Below are positions 1 to 10,206 of a DNA stretch of 64,000 nt, one piece after another; the stretch's first letter is position 1; each line of letters starts with the position of its first letter. The DNA comes from an uncultured Draconibacterium sp. (GTDB taxonomy: Bacteria; Bacteroidota; Bacteroidia; Bacteroidales; FEN-979), in assembly GCA_964355945.1 (NCBI GenBank), contig CAYHGE010000002.1, positions 67,144 to 131,143 on the forward strand, read 5' to 3'. The position numbers were made by a program, and so were the translations under genes. The notes under the pieces are model-generated. The model saw only the letters and a program-made list of their open reading frames with translations. It did not search any database and was not told the DNA's origin.

Positions 1-195
1 GGTTCAGTAGGTGCATCATCATGGCCTTCAAGGGTTATGAAAGGACTTCGGATGGCAGGCCGTATGGGTGGTGACCGTGTCAAGGTTGTCAATCTTCAGG
101 TCCTGAAAATTATTCTGGAAAAAAACCTGATCTTAGTAAAAGGTGCAGTACCAGGACACAATGGTTCATATGTAAAGATTGAGCGATGGAAGTAG
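1..195 (+). CDS. rplC: 50S ribosomal protein L3 (uL3), 3' fragment cut by the window edge
   Basis: Frame 1 reads ...[23 protein letters not shown]...[18 protein letters not shown] and stops at 193-195. It sits directly upstream of rplD, overlapping its start. Confidence 0.85.
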   Translation, partial: GSVGASSWPSRVMKGLRMAGRMGGDRVKVVNLQVLKIILEKNLILVKGAVPGHNGSYVKIERWK

Positions 196-815
196 CAGTA
201 TATAACATAAAAGGAACAGAGACAGCCAACAAGGTTGTACTGGACGATTCGATCTTCGCGATCGAACCCAATGATCATGCTATCTATTTGGATGTGAAGC
301 AGTACATGGCAAATCAACGCCAGGGAACACACGATACTCTTGAAAAATCTACAATTTCAGGAAGTACGCGTAAACTGCACAAACAAAAGGGTACCGGCGG
401 ATCCCGCAAGGGAAGTATTAAGAGTCCGTTGTTTCGTGGTGGTGCCCGTGTTTTCGGACCACATCCCCGGGACTATAGTTTTAAACTGAACAAGAAGCTC
501 AAAAGACTGGCGCGTAAATCTGCCTTAAGTTATAAATTGAAGGATAATCATCTGACGATTCTTGAAGACTTTACTTTTGATACACCAAAAACCAAGAACT
601 TCACTGAGCTTCTGAAGAATTTACAGCTGACAGGTAAAAAAACACTTCTTGTTATTGCAAAATTTGAGGAGAATGTCATATTATCTTCAAGAAACCTGAA
701 GAGGGTGAAAGTTGTGAATGCTTCTGACCTGAATACGTATGAAATTCTGGACGCAACCCAATTGTTGATTACCCAGGGTTCCATCAAGGAGATTGAAAAA
801 ATACATCAGAATTAA
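186..815 (+). CDS. rplD: 50S ribosomal protein L4 (uL4)
   Basis: 209-aa ORF with typical uL4 sequence ([25 protein letters not shown]). It holds the canonical position in the S10 operon. Confidence 0.95.
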   Translation: MEVAVYNIKGTETANKVVLDDSIFAIEPNDHAIYLDVKQYMANQRQGTHDTLEKSTISGSTRKLHKQKGTGGSRKGSIKSPLFRGGARVFGPHPRDYSFKLNKKLKRLARKSALSYKLKDNHLTILEDFTFDTPKTKNFTELLKNLQLTGKKTLLVIAKFEENVILSSRNLKRVKVVNASDLNTYEILDATQLLITQGSIKEIEKIHQN

Positions 816-836
816 ACCGATTAATTCGATATACCA

Positions 837-1127
837 ATGACAGTTATTATAAAACCGATCATAACCGAGAAGATGACGCAGTTGGGCGAGAAGCTCAACC
901 GTTATGGGTTCATGGTTGACCGGAAGGCAAACAAACTTCAGATCACGCAGGCTATTAAAGACCTGTATGGAGTTGATGTAACTTCTGTCAACACCATGGT
1001 GTTCTCCGGGAAAAACAAATCACGCTTTACCAAAAGCGGTGTTATATCCGGCAGGACCAGTACATATAAAAAAGCCATCATCACATTGGCTAAAGGCGAA
1101 ACTATTGATTTTTACAGCAATATTTAA
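837..1127 (+). CDS. rplW: 50S ribosomal protein L23 (uL23)
   Basis: 96-aa ORF located between rplD and rplB, with uL23-like sequence. Confidence 0.93.
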   Translation: MTVIIKPIITEKMTQLGEKLNRYGFMVDRKANKLQITQAIKDLYGVDVTSVNTMVFSGKNKSRFTKSGVISGRTSTYKKAIITLAKGETIDFYSNI

Positions 1128-1131
1128 ATAA

Positions 1132-1956
1132 ATGGCGCTTAAGAAATATAAACCGACAACACCCGGTCAGCGGTTTAAAGTAATCAGTACTTATGATGAA
1201 ATAACTGCAGACGTTCCCGAAAAGAGCCTGCTGGCTCCGTCGAAAAGATCCGGTGGGAGAAACAACGAAGGGAGAATGACCATGCGTTACCTTGGTGGTG
1301 GTCATAAACAGATGTACAGAATTATTGACTTTAAGCGGGACAAGGAGAATATTCCTGCTGTAGTAAAAACCATCGAATATGATCCGAACAGGACCTCGCG
1401 TATTGCCCTGGTGGTATATGCTGATGGGGAAAAGCGATACATCGTTGCTCCTCATGGATTAAAGGTAGGTCAGACAATTCTGTCAGGAAAAGGTGTGGCA
1501 CCGGAAATTGGAAACACACTCTATCTGAGCGAAGTTCCTTTTGGAACTGTAATTCATAACGTTGAATTACGTCCTGGTCAGGGAGCGAAAATGGTACGAA
1601 GTGCCGGTGCTCATGCGCAGCTGATGTCACGCGACGGGAAGTTTGCCATCCTGAAAATGCCTTCGGGTGAGACCAGGATGATCCTTCAGACCTGTAAAGC
1701 TACGATCGGCATGGTGTCGAACATCGACCACAGCCTTGAGTCTTATGGTAAAGCTGGCCGTACACGCTGGTTGGGCCGCCGCCCGAGAAACCGTGGTGTC
1801 ACAATGAACCCGGTTGACCATCCAATGGGTGGAGGCGAAGGAAAAGCATCCGGAGGACAGCCACGCTCACGCAAGGGTGTTCCATCAAAAGGATACAAGA
1901 CACGCGCCCGCAAAAACCAGTCGAATAAATATATCATTGAACGCAGGAAGAAGTAA
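1132..1956 (+). CDS. rplB: 50S ribosomal protein L2 (uL2)
   Basis: 274-aa ORF carrying the conserved [12 protein letters not shown] motif. Confidence 0.97.
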   Translation: MALKKYKPTTPGQRFKVISTYDEITADVPEKSLLAPSKRSGGRNNEGRMTMRYLGGGHKQMYRIIDFKRDKENIPAVVKTIEYDPNRTSRIALVVYADGEKRYIVAPHGLKVGQTILSGKGVAPEIGNTLYLSEVPFGTVIHNVELRPGQGAKMVRSAGAHAQLMSRDGKFAILKMPSGETRMILQTCKATIGMVSNIDHSLESYGKAGRTRWLGRRPRNRGVTMNPVDHPMGGGEGKASGGQPRSRKGVPSKGYKTRARKNQSNKYIIERRKK

Positions 1957-1974
1957 TCGATAATAAATCAAACT

Positions 1975-2253
1975 ATGAGCCGATCGCTTAAAAAAGGTCC
2001 GTACATCCACTATAAGCTGGAAAAGAAAGTAGCGGAACTTCTGGAATCCAAAAAGAAGACTGTCATAAAGACCTGGTCAAGAGGTTCCATGATTTCTCCT
2101 GATTTTGTTGGCCAGACTATAGCCGTACATAATGGCAATAAGTTTATCCCGGTATATGTTACCGAGAATATGGTAGGCCATAAATTGGGAGAATTTGCAC
2201 CGACCAGAATTTTCCGGGGTCACGCAGGTAATAAAGATAAAGGAAAGAAATAA
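1975..2253 (+). CDS. rpsS: 30S ribosomal protein S19 (uS19)
   Basis: 92-aa ORF beginning [10 protein letters not shown], with the [27 protein letters not shown] motif. Confidence 0.96.
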   Translation: MSRSLKKGPYIHYKLEKKVAELLESKKKTVIKTWSRGSMISPDFVGQTIAVHNGNKFIPVYVTENMVGHKLGEFAPTRIFRGHAGNKDKGKK

Positions 2254-2273
2254 CCTCTTAATTAAGATAGATT

Positions 2274-2720
2274 ATGGGAGTTAGAACCCGCACCAGAGCC
2301 GAGAATCGTAAGGAGGCTAAAAAGAATGTGGCTTTTGCCAAGTTAAATAATTGCCCGACATCACCACGTAAAATGCGTTTGATAGCTGACTTGATTAGAG
2401 GAAAACGTGTTGAGCTGGCCTTGCATATTTTGAAAAATAATGCAAAACAGCCTTCAGAGCGTTTACGCAAATTGTTGTTATCAGCCATTGCCAACTGGCA
2501 GGCAAAAAATGAAGGATTGCGCATTGAAGACAGCGATTTGATTGTTAAGGAAGTCTTTGTGGATAGCGGCAGACAACTTAAACGGTTGCTGACAGCTCCC
2601 CAGGGACGGGCTCACAGGATTCGCAAACGTTCGAACCATGTAACTATTTTGCTGGATAGTCGGAATAAACCGGAAGTTGAAGCAGAAGAGGTTGAAGAGG
2701 TTGAAGAAAATAAAAAGTAA
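2274..2720 (+). CDS. rplV: 50S ribosomal protein L22 (uL22) with a short acidic C-terminal tail
   Basis: 148-aa ORF with a uL22 core and the expected operon position. The tail reads EVEAEEVEEVEENKK. Confidence 0.93.
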   Translation: MGVRTRTRAENRKEAKKNVAFAKLNNCPTSPRKMRLIADLIRGKRVELALHILKNNAKQPSERLRKLLLSAIANWQAKNEGLRIEDSDLIVKEVFVDSGRQLKRLLTAPQGRAHRIRKRSNHVTILLDSRNKPEVEAEEVEEVEENKK

Positions 2721-2755
2721 TCAGAGTATTAAGCAATAATTAAAAGTAAGTTTTA

Positions 2756-3577
2756 ATGGGACAAAAGACCAATCCGATTGCTAACAGGTTAGGCATCATC
2801 CGCGGCTGGGATTCAAACTGGTTCGGTGGTAAGAATTTTGAGCCTAAACTGGTTGAGGACGATAAAATTCGCAAATATTTGAATGCCCGTCTTGCTAAAG
2901 CAGGCATTGCAAAAATCGTAATTGAACGTACCTTGAAGCTGGTAACTGTTACCATTCACACTGCACGACCGGGTATTATTATCGGGAAGGGCGGCCAGGA
3001 AGTTGACAAATTAAAGGAGGAGTTGAAAAAGGTCACCAAAAAGGAGATTCAGATCAATATTTCCGAAATCAAGCGACCTGAAATTGATGCCGTAATTGTC
3101 GGTAATACCGTTGCCAGTCAGATTGAAGGCAGAATTTCATACCGTCGTGCAATCAAAACCTCTATTGCTTCTGCAATGAGGATTGGTGCAGAAGGTATTA
3201 AAATCATGATTTCAGGTCGTGTTGGTGGAGCAGAAATGGCACGTCGTGAACAATATAAGGAAGGACGCATTCCATTGCATACATTCCGTGCTGATATTGA
3301 TTATGCGACAGCAGAAGCCCATACAACTTATGGCATTATCGGAATAAAGGTATGGATTTGCAAAGGTGACATCTATGGACGTCCCGACCTGGTTCCTGAT
3401 GCTACTGCTACAAAGGTTAAACCTACACAGCATCGTGGTGGAGACCGTCCTGGTGGCGACCGTGACCGTGGTCCTCGTGATCGCGGAGGTGACCGGGGAG
3501 GTGACCGTGGTCAGGATCGTCGTGGTGATCGCGGCCCTGCGAGAGATGGTGGTGGAAATAGCCGCCCTAGAAGATAA
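2756..3577 (+). CDS. rpsC: 30S ribosomal protein S3 (uS3) with a roughly 48-aa Gly/Asp/Arg repeat tail
   Basis: 273-aa ORF starting [14 protein letters not shown], with a KH-domain core. The C-terminus reads [33 protein letters not shown]. Confidence 0.95.
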   Translation: MGQKTNPIANRLGIIRGWDSNWFGGKNFEPKLVEDDKIRKYLNARLAKAGIAKIVIERTLKLVTVTIHTARPGIIIGKGGQEVDKLKEELKKVTKKEIQINISEIKRPEIDAVIVGNTVASQIEGRISYRRAIKTSIASAMRIGAEGIKIMISGRVGGAEMARREQYKEGRIPLHTFRADIDYATAEAHTTYGIIGIKVWICKGDIYGRPDLVPDATATKVKPTQHRGGDRPGGDRDRGPRDRGGDRGGDRGQDRRGDRGPARDGGGNSRPRR

Positions 3578-3611
3578 TTGAAAGCATCGTAACCTATAAT
3601 ATAATTGAATA

Positions 3612-4040
3612 ATGTTACAGCCAAAGAAAACAAAATACAGGAAGCAGCAGAAAGGAAAGATGAAGGGCAATGCCCAACGTGGTCATCAGCTTGCTTTTGG
3701 CTCCTTCGGTATCAAGACAATGGAAGAGGCTTGGATGACAGGTCGTCAGATTGAAGCAGCCCGTCAGGCGATTACCCGTCACATGAAACGTGAAGGACAA
3801 CTTTGGATTCGGATCTTTCCAGATAAGCCGGTTACAAAAAAACCAGCCGAAGTCCGAATGGGTAAAGGAAAGGGAGCTCCAGAATATTTCGTGGCTCGTG
3901 TGAACCCGGGAAGAATTCTGTTTGAAATCGAAGGTGTACCATTGATTATTGCAAAGGAAGCACTTCGGCTTGGAGCTCAGAAACTGCCGGTACAAACCAA
4001 AACAGTGATGCGTAAAGATTACGTTGAAGAAGCAATATAG
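3612..4040 (+). CDS. rplP: 50S ribosomal protein L16 (uL16)
   Basis: 142-aa ORF starting [15 protein letters not shown]. Confidence 0.96.
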   Translation: MLQPKKTKYRKQQKGKMKGNAQRGHQLAFGSFGIKTMEEAWMTGRQIEAARQAITRHMKREGQLWIRIFPDKPVTKKPAEVRMGKGKGAPEYFVARVNPGRILFEIEGVPLIIAKEALRLGAQKLPVQTKTVMRKDYVEEAI

Positions 4041-4065
4041 GTAAAGACGGGGCATGCTCCGTCTC
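4041..4065. repeat. Palindromic hairpin element, copy 1 (GTAAAGACGGGGCATGCTCCGTCTC)
   Basis: Inverted repeat AGACGGGG/CTCCGTCT begins at the base after the rplP stop codon. No T-tract follows it. It belongs to a six-member family in this window. Confidence 0.8.
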
Positions 4066-4079
4066 AAATAAAAAGAAAA

Positions 4080-4301
4080 ATGGAACAGAAAGTTATCAGA
4101 GAATTAACATCGGCCGAAATCCTGGAGAGGATGGATGAAGAGAAGCGTCAGCTTACAAAGCTTAAGCTCAATCATGCTGTATCTCCTTTGGAAAACCCTA
4201 ATAAAATTAAGGCGTACAGAAAAACAATCGCACGTCTTGAGACTGAATTGCGGTGCCGTGTGCTCAAAGGTGAAAAGATCACTAAAACTGGTAAATTATA
4301 G
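4080..4301 (+). CDS. rpmC: 50S ribosomal protein L29 (uL29)
   Basis: 73-aa ORF in the expected operon position, with uL29-like helical sequence. Confidence 0.9.
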   Translation: MEQKVIRELTSAEILERMDEEKRQLTKLKLNHAVSPLENPNKIKAYRKTIARLETELRCRVLKGEKITKTGKL

Positions 4302-4325
4302 TAAAGACGCACCAAAACGCGTCTG
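4301..4325. repeat. Palindromic hairpin element, copy 2 (GTAAAGACGCACCAAAACGCGTCTG)
   Basis: 6-bp stem AGACGC/GCGTCT with an 8-nt loop. Its first G is the last base of the rpmC stop codon. Confidence 0.75.
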
Positions 4326-4350
4326 GTAAAGACGGGGCATGCCCCGTCTC
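4326..4350. repeat. Palindromic hairpin element, copy 3 (GTAAAGACGGGGCATGCCCCGTCTC)
   Basis: Perfect 20-nt palindrome at 4330-4349. It abuts copy 2 and lies 14 nt upstream of rpsQ. Confidence 0.85.
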
Positions 4351-4364
4351 AACAAACAGAAAAA

Positions 4365-4622
4365 ATGGAAACAAGAAACCTAAGAAAAGAAAAAACCGGA
4401 ATCGTTGTCAGCAACAAGATGGAGAAGTCCGTCGTCGTTGAGGTAGAGCGTAAGGTAAAGCATCCTAAATACGGAAAGTTCGTTAAGAAATCATCCAGAT
4501 TCATGGCACACGATGACAAGAATGAGTGCAGTGAGGGTGATAAAGTGCGGATTTCTGAAACCAGGCCGCTGAGTAAAAATAAGTGTTGGAGACTTGTCGA
4601 AATCATTGAAAAGGTTAAATAA
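4365..4622 (+). CDS. rpsQ: 30S ribosomal protein S17 (uS17)
   Basis: 85-aa ORF containing [29 protein letters not shown]. Confidence 0.95.
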   Translation: METRNLRKEKTGIVVSNKMEKSVVVEVERKVKHPKYGKFVKKSSRFMAHDDKNECSEGDKVRISETRPLSKNKCWRLVEIIEKVK

Positions 4623-4624
4623 CT

Positions 4625-4993
4625 ATGATACAACAAGAGTCAAGATTATCAGTAGCAGATAATAGCGGAGCCAAGGAAGTCCTTTGTATAAAGGTACTGG
4701 GCGGAACTCGCAAGCGGTATGCCCGGGTGGGCGACCGGATCATTGTAACGGTAAAACATGCGCTGCCTTCAGGGAATATCAAGAAGGGCACCGTGTCAAA
4801 GGCTGTGGTGGTAAGAACCAAAAAAGAGACACGTCGTGCTGATGGTTCCTATATCCGGTTTGATGACAACGCTGTTGTTTTGCTCAATAATGCTGGTGAA
4901 ATGATTGGTACCCGCATTTTTGGACCAGTAGCCAGGGAGTTACGTGAAAAACAATTCATGAAAATCGTTTCTTTAGCACCTGAAGTGCTGTAA
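4625..4993 (+). CDS. rplN: 50S ribosomal protein L14 (uL14)
   Basis: 122-aa ORF starting [17 protein letters not shown]. Confidence 0.97.
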   Translation: MIQQESRLSVADNSGAKEVLCIKVLGGTRKRYARVGDRIIVTVKHALPSGNIKKGTVSKAVVVRTKKETRRADGSYIRFDDNAVVLLNNAGEMIGTRIFGPVARELREKQFMKIVSLAPEVL

Positions 4994-5011
4994 GCATATA
5001 CAAAAACTATC

Positions 5012-5332
5012 ATGCAAAAGTTAAACATACGAAAAGGCGATACAGTAATGGTCATTGCCGGTGATTCGAGAGGGCAGCAGGGGAAAGTGCTGCGTGTCGA
5101 TACAGCTAAATACAAAGCCATTGTTGAAGGTGTTAATATGGTATCGAAGCATACCAAACCTAACACCAAAAGTCCACAAGGCGGCATCGTGAAAATGGAG
5201 GCACCCGTGCATCTTTCCAATTTGAAAATCGTTGACAACTCGGGCAAACCGACACGTATTGGTCGACGGTTGGATGCTAAAACAGAGAAATTGGTTCGCT
5301 ATTCAAAAAAATCAGGGGAGGTTATAAAATAA
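5012..5332 (+). CDS. rplX: 50S ribosomal protein L24 (uL24)
   Basis: 106-aa ORF with the KOW-type motif [19 protein letters not shown]. Confidence 0.94.
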   Translation: MQKLNIRKGDTVMVIAGDSRGQQGKVLRVDTAKYKAIVEGVNMVSKHTKPNTKSPQGGIVKMEAPVHLSNLKIVDNSGKPTRIGRRLDAKTEKLVRYSKKSGEVIK

Positions 5333-5883
5333 TGGATTATTCACCAAGATTAAAAGACAAGTACCTGACAGAGGTTGTTCCTGCGCTGACAAAGCAGTTC
5401 AACTATAAAAGTCCTATGCAGGTTCCACGGATCAGCAAGATCTGTTTAAACCAGGGATTGGGTATTGCCAATACTGATAAGAAATTCATCGACAGCGGTA
5501 TTAATGAAATGACGATGATTACCGGTCAGAAGGCTGTATCGACGAAATCTAAGAAGGATATTTCTAACTTTAAACTTAGAAAAGGCAATCCCATCGGTGT
5601 TCGTGTTACATTACGCGGAGAGCGCATGTATGATTTTCTTGATCGTTTGATTTCTGTTGCTTTGCCTCGCGTACGTGATTTTCGCGGAATCAGCGATAAG
5701 GGATTTGACGGCCGCGGAAATTACACCCTCGGGATTACTGAACAGATTATCTTTCCTGAAATTGACATTGACAAGGTAACCCGTATTAACGGAGTCGATA
5801 TCACCTTTGTGACATCAGCACGCAATGACCGTGAGGCGCATGCCTTGTTGAAAGAATTTGGAATTCCTTTTAAAACAAAGTAA
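5332..5883 (+). CDS. rplE: 50S ribosomal protein L5 (uL5)
   Basis: 183-aa ORF with uL5 sequence; its start overlaps the rplX stop. Confidence 0.95.
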   Translation: MDYSPRLKDKYLTEVVPALTKQFNYKSPMQVPRISKICLNQGLGIANTDKKFIDSGINEMTMITGQKAVSTKSKKDISNFKLRKGNPIGVRVTLRGERMYDFLDRLISVALPRVRDFRGISDKGFDGRGNYTLGITEQIIFPEIDIDKVTRINGVDITFVTSARNDREAHALLKEFGIPFKTK

Positions 5884-5887
5884 AAAT

Positions 5888-6157
5888 ATGGCAAAAGAAT
5901 CTATTAAAGCCAGAGAGCGCAAACGTGAACGCATGGTTGCAAAGTTCGCTGAAAAGCGTAAGGCACTTAAAGAAGCCGGTGATTATATCGGTCTGCAGAA
6001 GTTACCAAAAAATGCATCACCCATTCGTCTTCATAATCGTTGCAAACTGACTGGACGACCAAAAGGATACATGCGACTGTTTGGAGTTTCTCGTATTAAT
6101 TTCAGGGAAATGGCCAACAACGGACTGATCCCTGGCGTTAGAAAAGCCAGCTGGTAA
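5888..6157 (+). CDS. rpsN: 30S ribosomal protein S14 (uS14), long form
   Basis: The ORF-track start at 5858 overlaps rplE. The ATG at 5888 gives [13 protein letters not shown]..., a typical S14 N-terminus, and an 89-aa protein. Confidence 0.92.
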   Translation: MAKESIKARERKRERMVAKFAEKRKALKEAGDYIGLQKLPKNASPIRLHNRCKLTGRPKGYMRLFGVSRINFREMANNGLIPGVRKASW

Positions 6158-6175
6158 TAAGTTAGTAATTTAGTA

Positions 6176-6200
6176 GTAAGGACGCACATTGTTGTGTCTC
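6176..6200. repeat. Palindromic hairpin element, degenerate copy 4 (GTAAGGACGCACATTGTTGTGTCTC)
   Basis: Shares the GTAAgGACG...GTCTC frame. The stem GACGCA/TGTGTC needs one G-U pair. It lies between rpsN and rpsH. Confidence 0.55.
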
Positions 6201-6226
6201 AACAGTAACAATAAAAAACAAAATAA

Positions 6227-6625
6227 ATGGTTACGGATCCCATTGCAGATTATTTGACGAGAATCAGGAATGCCGTTATGGCCAACCATCGGGTTGTAGA
6301 GATTCCAAAGTCGAAAATCAAGGAAGAAATCACCCGGATTCTCTTTGAAAAAGGGTATATCCTCAATTATAAAATTGAGAATGAACCTCGTCCAGGAAAT
6401 ATCAAGATTGCATTGAAATACCATCCGGTGTCTAAAGTGTCAGCTATCAATAGTCTTGTTAGAATATCAAAGCCAGGCTTGAGGAAGTATGTTGACAATG
6501 ATCATTTACCCAGGGTACTGAATGGTTTAGGAATAGCAATCCTGTCAACTTCACACGGTGTTATGACCGATAAGGAAGCCCGCACACAGAATGTAGGCGG
6601 TGAGGTTTTATGTCACATCAGTTAA
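6227..6625 (+). CDS. rpsH: 30S ribosomal protein S8 (uS8)
   Basis: 132-aa ORF starting [16 protein letters not shown]. Confidence 0.96.
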   Translation: MVTDPIADYLTRIRNAVMANHRVVEIPKSKIKEEITRILFEKGYILNYKIENEPRPGNIKIALKYHPVSKVSAINSLVRISKPGLRKYVDNDHLPRVLNGLGIAILSTSHGVMTDKEARTQNVGGEVLCHIS

Positions 6626-6641
6626 TTAGGAGAGTATAAAC

Positions 6642-7199
6642 ATGTCAAGAATAGGAAAATTACCAATTGCAATACCCGCTGGCGTGCAGATTTCTGTCTC
6701 CGACACCAACCTGGTGACTGTCAAAGGAAAGTTGGGTCAGCTTCAACAGCAGGTGGATCCGAAAATCACATTGAAAATTGAAGGTGACGTTCTCAGTGTT
6801 GAACGACATTCCGAAGACCGGGATGATCGTGCAAAACACGGCCTTTATCGTTCGTTGGTTTTCAATATGGTTAAAGGTGTATCAGAAGGGTTTACAACGG
6901 TTCAGGAATTAGTTGGAGTTGGTTATAAAGCTACGGGAACTGGACAATTTCTAGAACTTTCTCTTGGATTTTCTCATAATATTTTATTGGAACTTCCGGA
7001 TGCAATTCATGTTGAGACAACGGCAGTAAAGGGTAAGAATAACTCTATCATTTTGAAATCCGTTGACAAGCAGTTGCTTGGACAGGTTGCAGCGAAAATT
7101 CGCTCATTCCGTCGGCCGGAACCATATAAGGGAAAAGGTATTCGCTTCCAGGGTGAAGAGATTAAGAAGAAGGCTGGTAAATCTGCAGCCGGACAGTAA
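6642..7199 (+). CDS. rplF: 50S ribosomal protein L6 (uL6)
   Basis: 185-aa ORF starting MSRIGKLPIAIPAGV. Confidence 0.95.
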   Translation: MSRIGKLPIAIPAGVQISVSDTNLVTVKGKLGQLQQQVDPKITLKIEGDVLSVERHSEDRDDRAKHGLYRSLVFNMVKGVSEGFTTVQELVGVGYKATGTGQFLELSLGFSHNILLELPDAIHVETTAVKGKNNSIILKSVDKQLLGQVAAKIRSFRRPEPYKGKGIRFQGEEIKKKAGKSAAGQ

Positions 7200-7256
7200 C
7201 ACTACATTTTAATGCAGTGTTAAAAGGATTATAATAATCGTTATAAACTGAATACA

Positions 7257-7619
7257 ATGGCTATTAAGAGTAAAAAAGAGTTTCGCAGGTTCAGGATCAA
7301 AAAAAGGATACGTAAAATCGTAGAAGGGACTCCTGACAGGCCTCGCATGACTGTGTTCCGTAGTTGTAAAGGTATTTACGTGCAACTGATCGATGATCAG
7401 GCTGGTAAAACACTTGTTGCTGCTTCGTCCATGGAAAAAGGAATGACAGACCAGAAGGGTACCAAGACTGACATGGCAAAGAAAGTTGGGAAAGTTGTAG
7501 CTGAAAAGGCTATTCAGGCTGGTATTGAAAAGGTTGTTTTTGATCGGAATGGTTATTTATATCATGGCAGGGTAAAATCTTTGGCCGATGCTGCCAGGGA
7601 AGGTGGCCTAAAATTCTAA
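7257..7619 (+). CDS. rplR: 50S ribosomal protein L18 (uL18)
   Basis: 120-aa ORF with the C-terminal [26 protein letters not shown]. Confidence 0.95.
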   Translation: MAIKSKKEFRRFRIKKRIRKIVEGTPDRPRMTVFRSCKGIYVQLIDDQAGKTLVAASSMEKGMTDQKGTKTDMAKKVGKVVAEKAIQAGIEKVVFDRNGYLYHGRVKSLADAAREGGLKF

Positions 7620-7626
7620 GGAAGAT

Positions 7627-8145
7627 ATGACAAACGTTAATGTAAAGAGAGTAAAGTCGAGCGAAATCGAATTTAAAGATCGCCTTGTTAGCATTCAGCG
7701 CGTGACCAAGGTAACCAAGGGAGGCCGTACATTCAGCTTTTCTGCCATTGTGGTGGTTGGTAATGAAAACGGTGTTGTTGGTTATGGGCTTGGAAAGGCA
7801 AAGGAAGTTACGGCAGCTATTGCCAAAGGTGTTGACGACGCTAAAAAGAACCTGATAAAAGTGCCTATTTTAAAAGGCACGATCCCTCATGATCAGTTGG
7901 GCAAATATAGTGGTGCGCTTGTATATCTTAAACCTGCTGCGCCTGGAACCGGAGTTATTGCCGGGGGTGCTATGCGTGCAGTGCTGGAAAGTGTTGGTGT
8001 GAAGGACGTTCTTGCGAAGTCAAAAGGGTCATCTAATCCGCACAGTGTTGTGAAAGCAACGATCAATGCCTTGATCAAGTTGAGGGATCCTTATACGATC
8101 GCACAACTCAGAGGAATTGAACTGAATCAAGTATTTAATGGCTAG
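7627..8145 (+). CDS. rpsE: 30S ribosomal protein S5 (uS5)
   Basis: 172-aa ORF containing [22 protein letters not shown]. Confidence 0.96.
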   Translation: MTNVNVKRVKSSEIEFKDRLVSIQRVTKVTKGGRTFSFSAIVVVGNENGVVGYGLGKAKEVTAAIAKGVDDAKKNLIKVPILKGTIPHDQLGKYSGALVYLKPAAPGTGVIAGGAMRAVLESVGVKDVLAKSKGSSNPHSVVKATINALIKLRDPYTIAQLRGIELNQVFNG

Positions 8146-8174
8146 TTTTATATTATTAAAGGCTGTTTTGAGCA

Positions 8175-8354
8175 ATGGAAAAAATTAAAATAACACAGGT
8201 ACGCAGTGGAATCGGAAGACCTTTGCGTCAGAAACGTACCCTCGAAGCATTAGGGTTAAAACGGATTCGCCATACAGTGGAACATGATGCTACCCCTCAG
8301 ATTTTGGGCATGGTAAACAAGGTACTGCACCTGGTTACATTTGAAAAAGTATAA
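8175..8354 (+). CDS. rpmD: 50S ribosomal protein L30 (uL30)
   Basis: Hand-translated 59-aa ORF (MEKIKITQVRSGIGRPLRQKRTLEALGLKR...). It is below the ORF-track length cutoff and sits at the expected site between rpsE and rplO. Confidence 0.9.
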   Translation: MEKIKITQVRSGIGRPLRQKRTLEALGLKRIRHTVEHDATPQILGMVNKVLHLVTFEKV

Positions 8355-8375
8355 CAAAAGAAAAACGATACTGAA

Positions 8376-8822
8376 ATGGATTTAAGCAATCTTAAGCCGG
8401 CAAAAGGTTCGACAAAGAAGGTAAAGCGCATTGGCAGGGGACAAGGTTCCGGACACGGTGGCACATCTACCCGTGGACATAAAGGAGCAAAGTCACGTTC
8501 CGGATACTCCAAAAAGGTGGGGTTTGAAGGTGGTCAGATGTCTCTGGTCAGACGCGTACCCAAATTCGGGTTCAAGAATTTCAACCGGGTTGAATATAAA
8601 GGAATAAATCTTGACGTTTTGCAACAGATCGCTGAAAGAAAGGAAGTCACTGTTATCACACGTGATGTACTTATTCAAAGCGGATATGTTTCGAAAAATG
8701 ATCGGATTAAAATTTTGGGACGTGGTGAATTGAAGGCCAAACTCGAAATTACCGTCCATGCTTTCTCGGCTACCGCCCGAAAAGCAATAGAAGAATTAGG
8801 TGGAGTAGCTAATACACTTTAA
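8376..8822 (+). CDS. rplO: 50S ribosomal protein L15 (uL15)
   Basis: 148-aa ORF with a Gly/Arg/Lys-rich N-terminus (GRGQGSGHGGTSTRGHKG). Confidence 0.95.
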   Translation: MDLSNLKPAKGSTKKVKRIGRGQGSGHGGTSTRGHKGAKSRSGYSKKVGFEGGQMSLVRRVPKFGFKNFNRVEYKGINLDVLQQIAERKEVTVITRDVLIQSGYVSKNDRIKILGRGELKAKLEITVHAFSATARKAIEELGGVANTL

Positions 8823-8832
8823 ACTTGTTTGA

Positions 8833-10203
8833 ATGAAAAAACTGATTCAAACCATTCGAAACATCTGGAAGATTGAAGATCTCCGTAAGAGAATTCTCTA
8901 TACAATCGGAATCATCCTGATTTATCGTCTGGGATCTTATGTCGTACTTCCTGGTGTTGACCCAAGTATGCTTGCCAGCCTTCAAAATCAAACCAAATCG
9001 GGGTTGTTGGGGCTGTTAAATATGTTTTCCGGTGGTGCATTTTCCAATGCTTCTATTTTCGCGTTGGGAATTATGCCTTATATATCTGCCTCCATCGTGA
9101 TGCAGTTGCTGGGTATGGCTATCCCATACTTCCAGAAACTGCAGAAAGAGGGAGAAAGCGGACGAAAGAAAATCAACCAGATGACCAGGTATCTCACTGT
9201 CATCATTTTAATTTTCCAATCGCCTGCTTATATTGCTAACCTTGCTGCTCAATTACCCGCAGAGGCAATATCCCCATTTAACCCGAATGTAACACACCAT
9301 TCTGTATTTTCATTTTTTGGAATATCCTCCATTATTATCCTTACTGCAGGTTCTCTTTTTGTGATGTGGCTTGGTGAACGTATCACCGATAAGGGAATAG
9401 GAAATGGTATCTCGCTGATCATTATGATTGGAATTATAGCACGTTTGCCTTTTGCATTGTTTGGTGAACTGGTTTCAAGAATGGAGCAGAAAGGCGGTGG
9501 TCTTGTGTTCTTTGTTGTGGAAATTGCATTTCTTGTTCTTGTGGTCTTGGTTACGATACTTCTTGTTCAGGGAACACGCAAAATTCCGGTTCAATATGCA
9601 AAACGTATCGTTGGCAATAAACAATATGGGGGAGTGCGTCAATATATCCCATTAAAGGTGAATGCGGCCGGTGTAATGCCAATCATTTTTGCCCAGGCTA
9701 TTATGTTTCTGCCATTAACCATTGCCGGTTTTGCCAGCAACGAAACACTTACAGGGTTTGCCAGGGTATTTACAGATATCAACGGACCTGTATATAATCT
9801 AACATTTTTTATTCTTATTATCCTCTTTACCTATTTTTACACGGCTATCACGGTTAACCCTAATCAGATGGCTGAGGATATGAAGAAAAACGGTGGTTTT
9901 ATACCAGGTGTTAAACCAGGTAAAAAAACTGCTGAGTTCATTGATGACGTGATGTCGCGTATTACTTTGCCGGGTTCAATTTTTCTTGGCTTTGTTGCAG
10001 TCATGCCTGCATTGGTGGGGATGGTTGGAGTTACATCACAGTTTGCTCAGTTCTACGGAGGAACTTCTTTGCTGATTCTGGTTGGGGTTGTACTTGATAC
10101 ATTACAGCAAATTGAAAGTCACTTGCTGATGCGTCATTATGATGGACTGACTAAATCCGGCAGGATAAAAGGACGTTCTTCTTATTCCGTTACCGGGCAG
10201 TAG
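8833..10203 (+). CDS. secY: Preprotein translocase subunit SecY
   Basis: 456-aa polytopic membrane ORF at the end of the spc operon, with typical SecY sequence. Confidence 0.96.
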   Translation: MKKLIQTIRNIWKIEDLRKRILYTIGIILIYRLGSYVVLPGVDPSMLASLQNQTKSGLLGLLNMFSGGAFSNASIFALGIMPYISASIVMQLLGMAIPYFQKLQKEGESGRKKINQMTRYLTVIILIFQSPAYIANLAAQLPAEAISPFNPNVTHHSVFSFFGISSIIILTAGSLFVMWLGERITDKGIGNGISLIIMIGIIARLPFALFGELVSRMEQKGGGLVFFVVEIAFLVLVVLVTILLVQGTRKIPVQYAKRIVGNKQYGGVRQYIPLKVNAAGVMPIIFAQAIMFLPLTIAGFASNETLTGFARVFTDINGPVYNLTFFILIILFTYFYTAITVNPNQMAEDMKKNGGFIPGVKPGKKTAEFIDDVMSRITLPGSIFLGFVAVMPALVGMVGVTSQFAQFYGGTSLLILVGVVLDTLQQIESHLLMRHYDGLTKSGRIKGRSSYSVTGQ

Positions 10204-10206
10204 TGT

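Noticed and set aside
3212-3670. 152-aa minus-strand ORF and 71-aa plus-strand ORF (3366-3581) overlapping the 3' end of rpsC
   Set aside because: They are antisense or out-of-frame shadows of the repetitive GDR-tail DNA. Their translations are low complexity (T/V/I/R runs), and they lie entirely inside or across well-supported r-protein genes.
4041-4350. Whether the GC-rich hairpins in the r-protein operon are intrinsic terminators
   Set aside because: None is followed by a T-tract; they are followed by A-rich or mixed sequence. They also lie between cistrons of an operon that must be co-transcribed. Clear terminators with T-tracts exist elsewhere in the window for comparison (21459, 18122).
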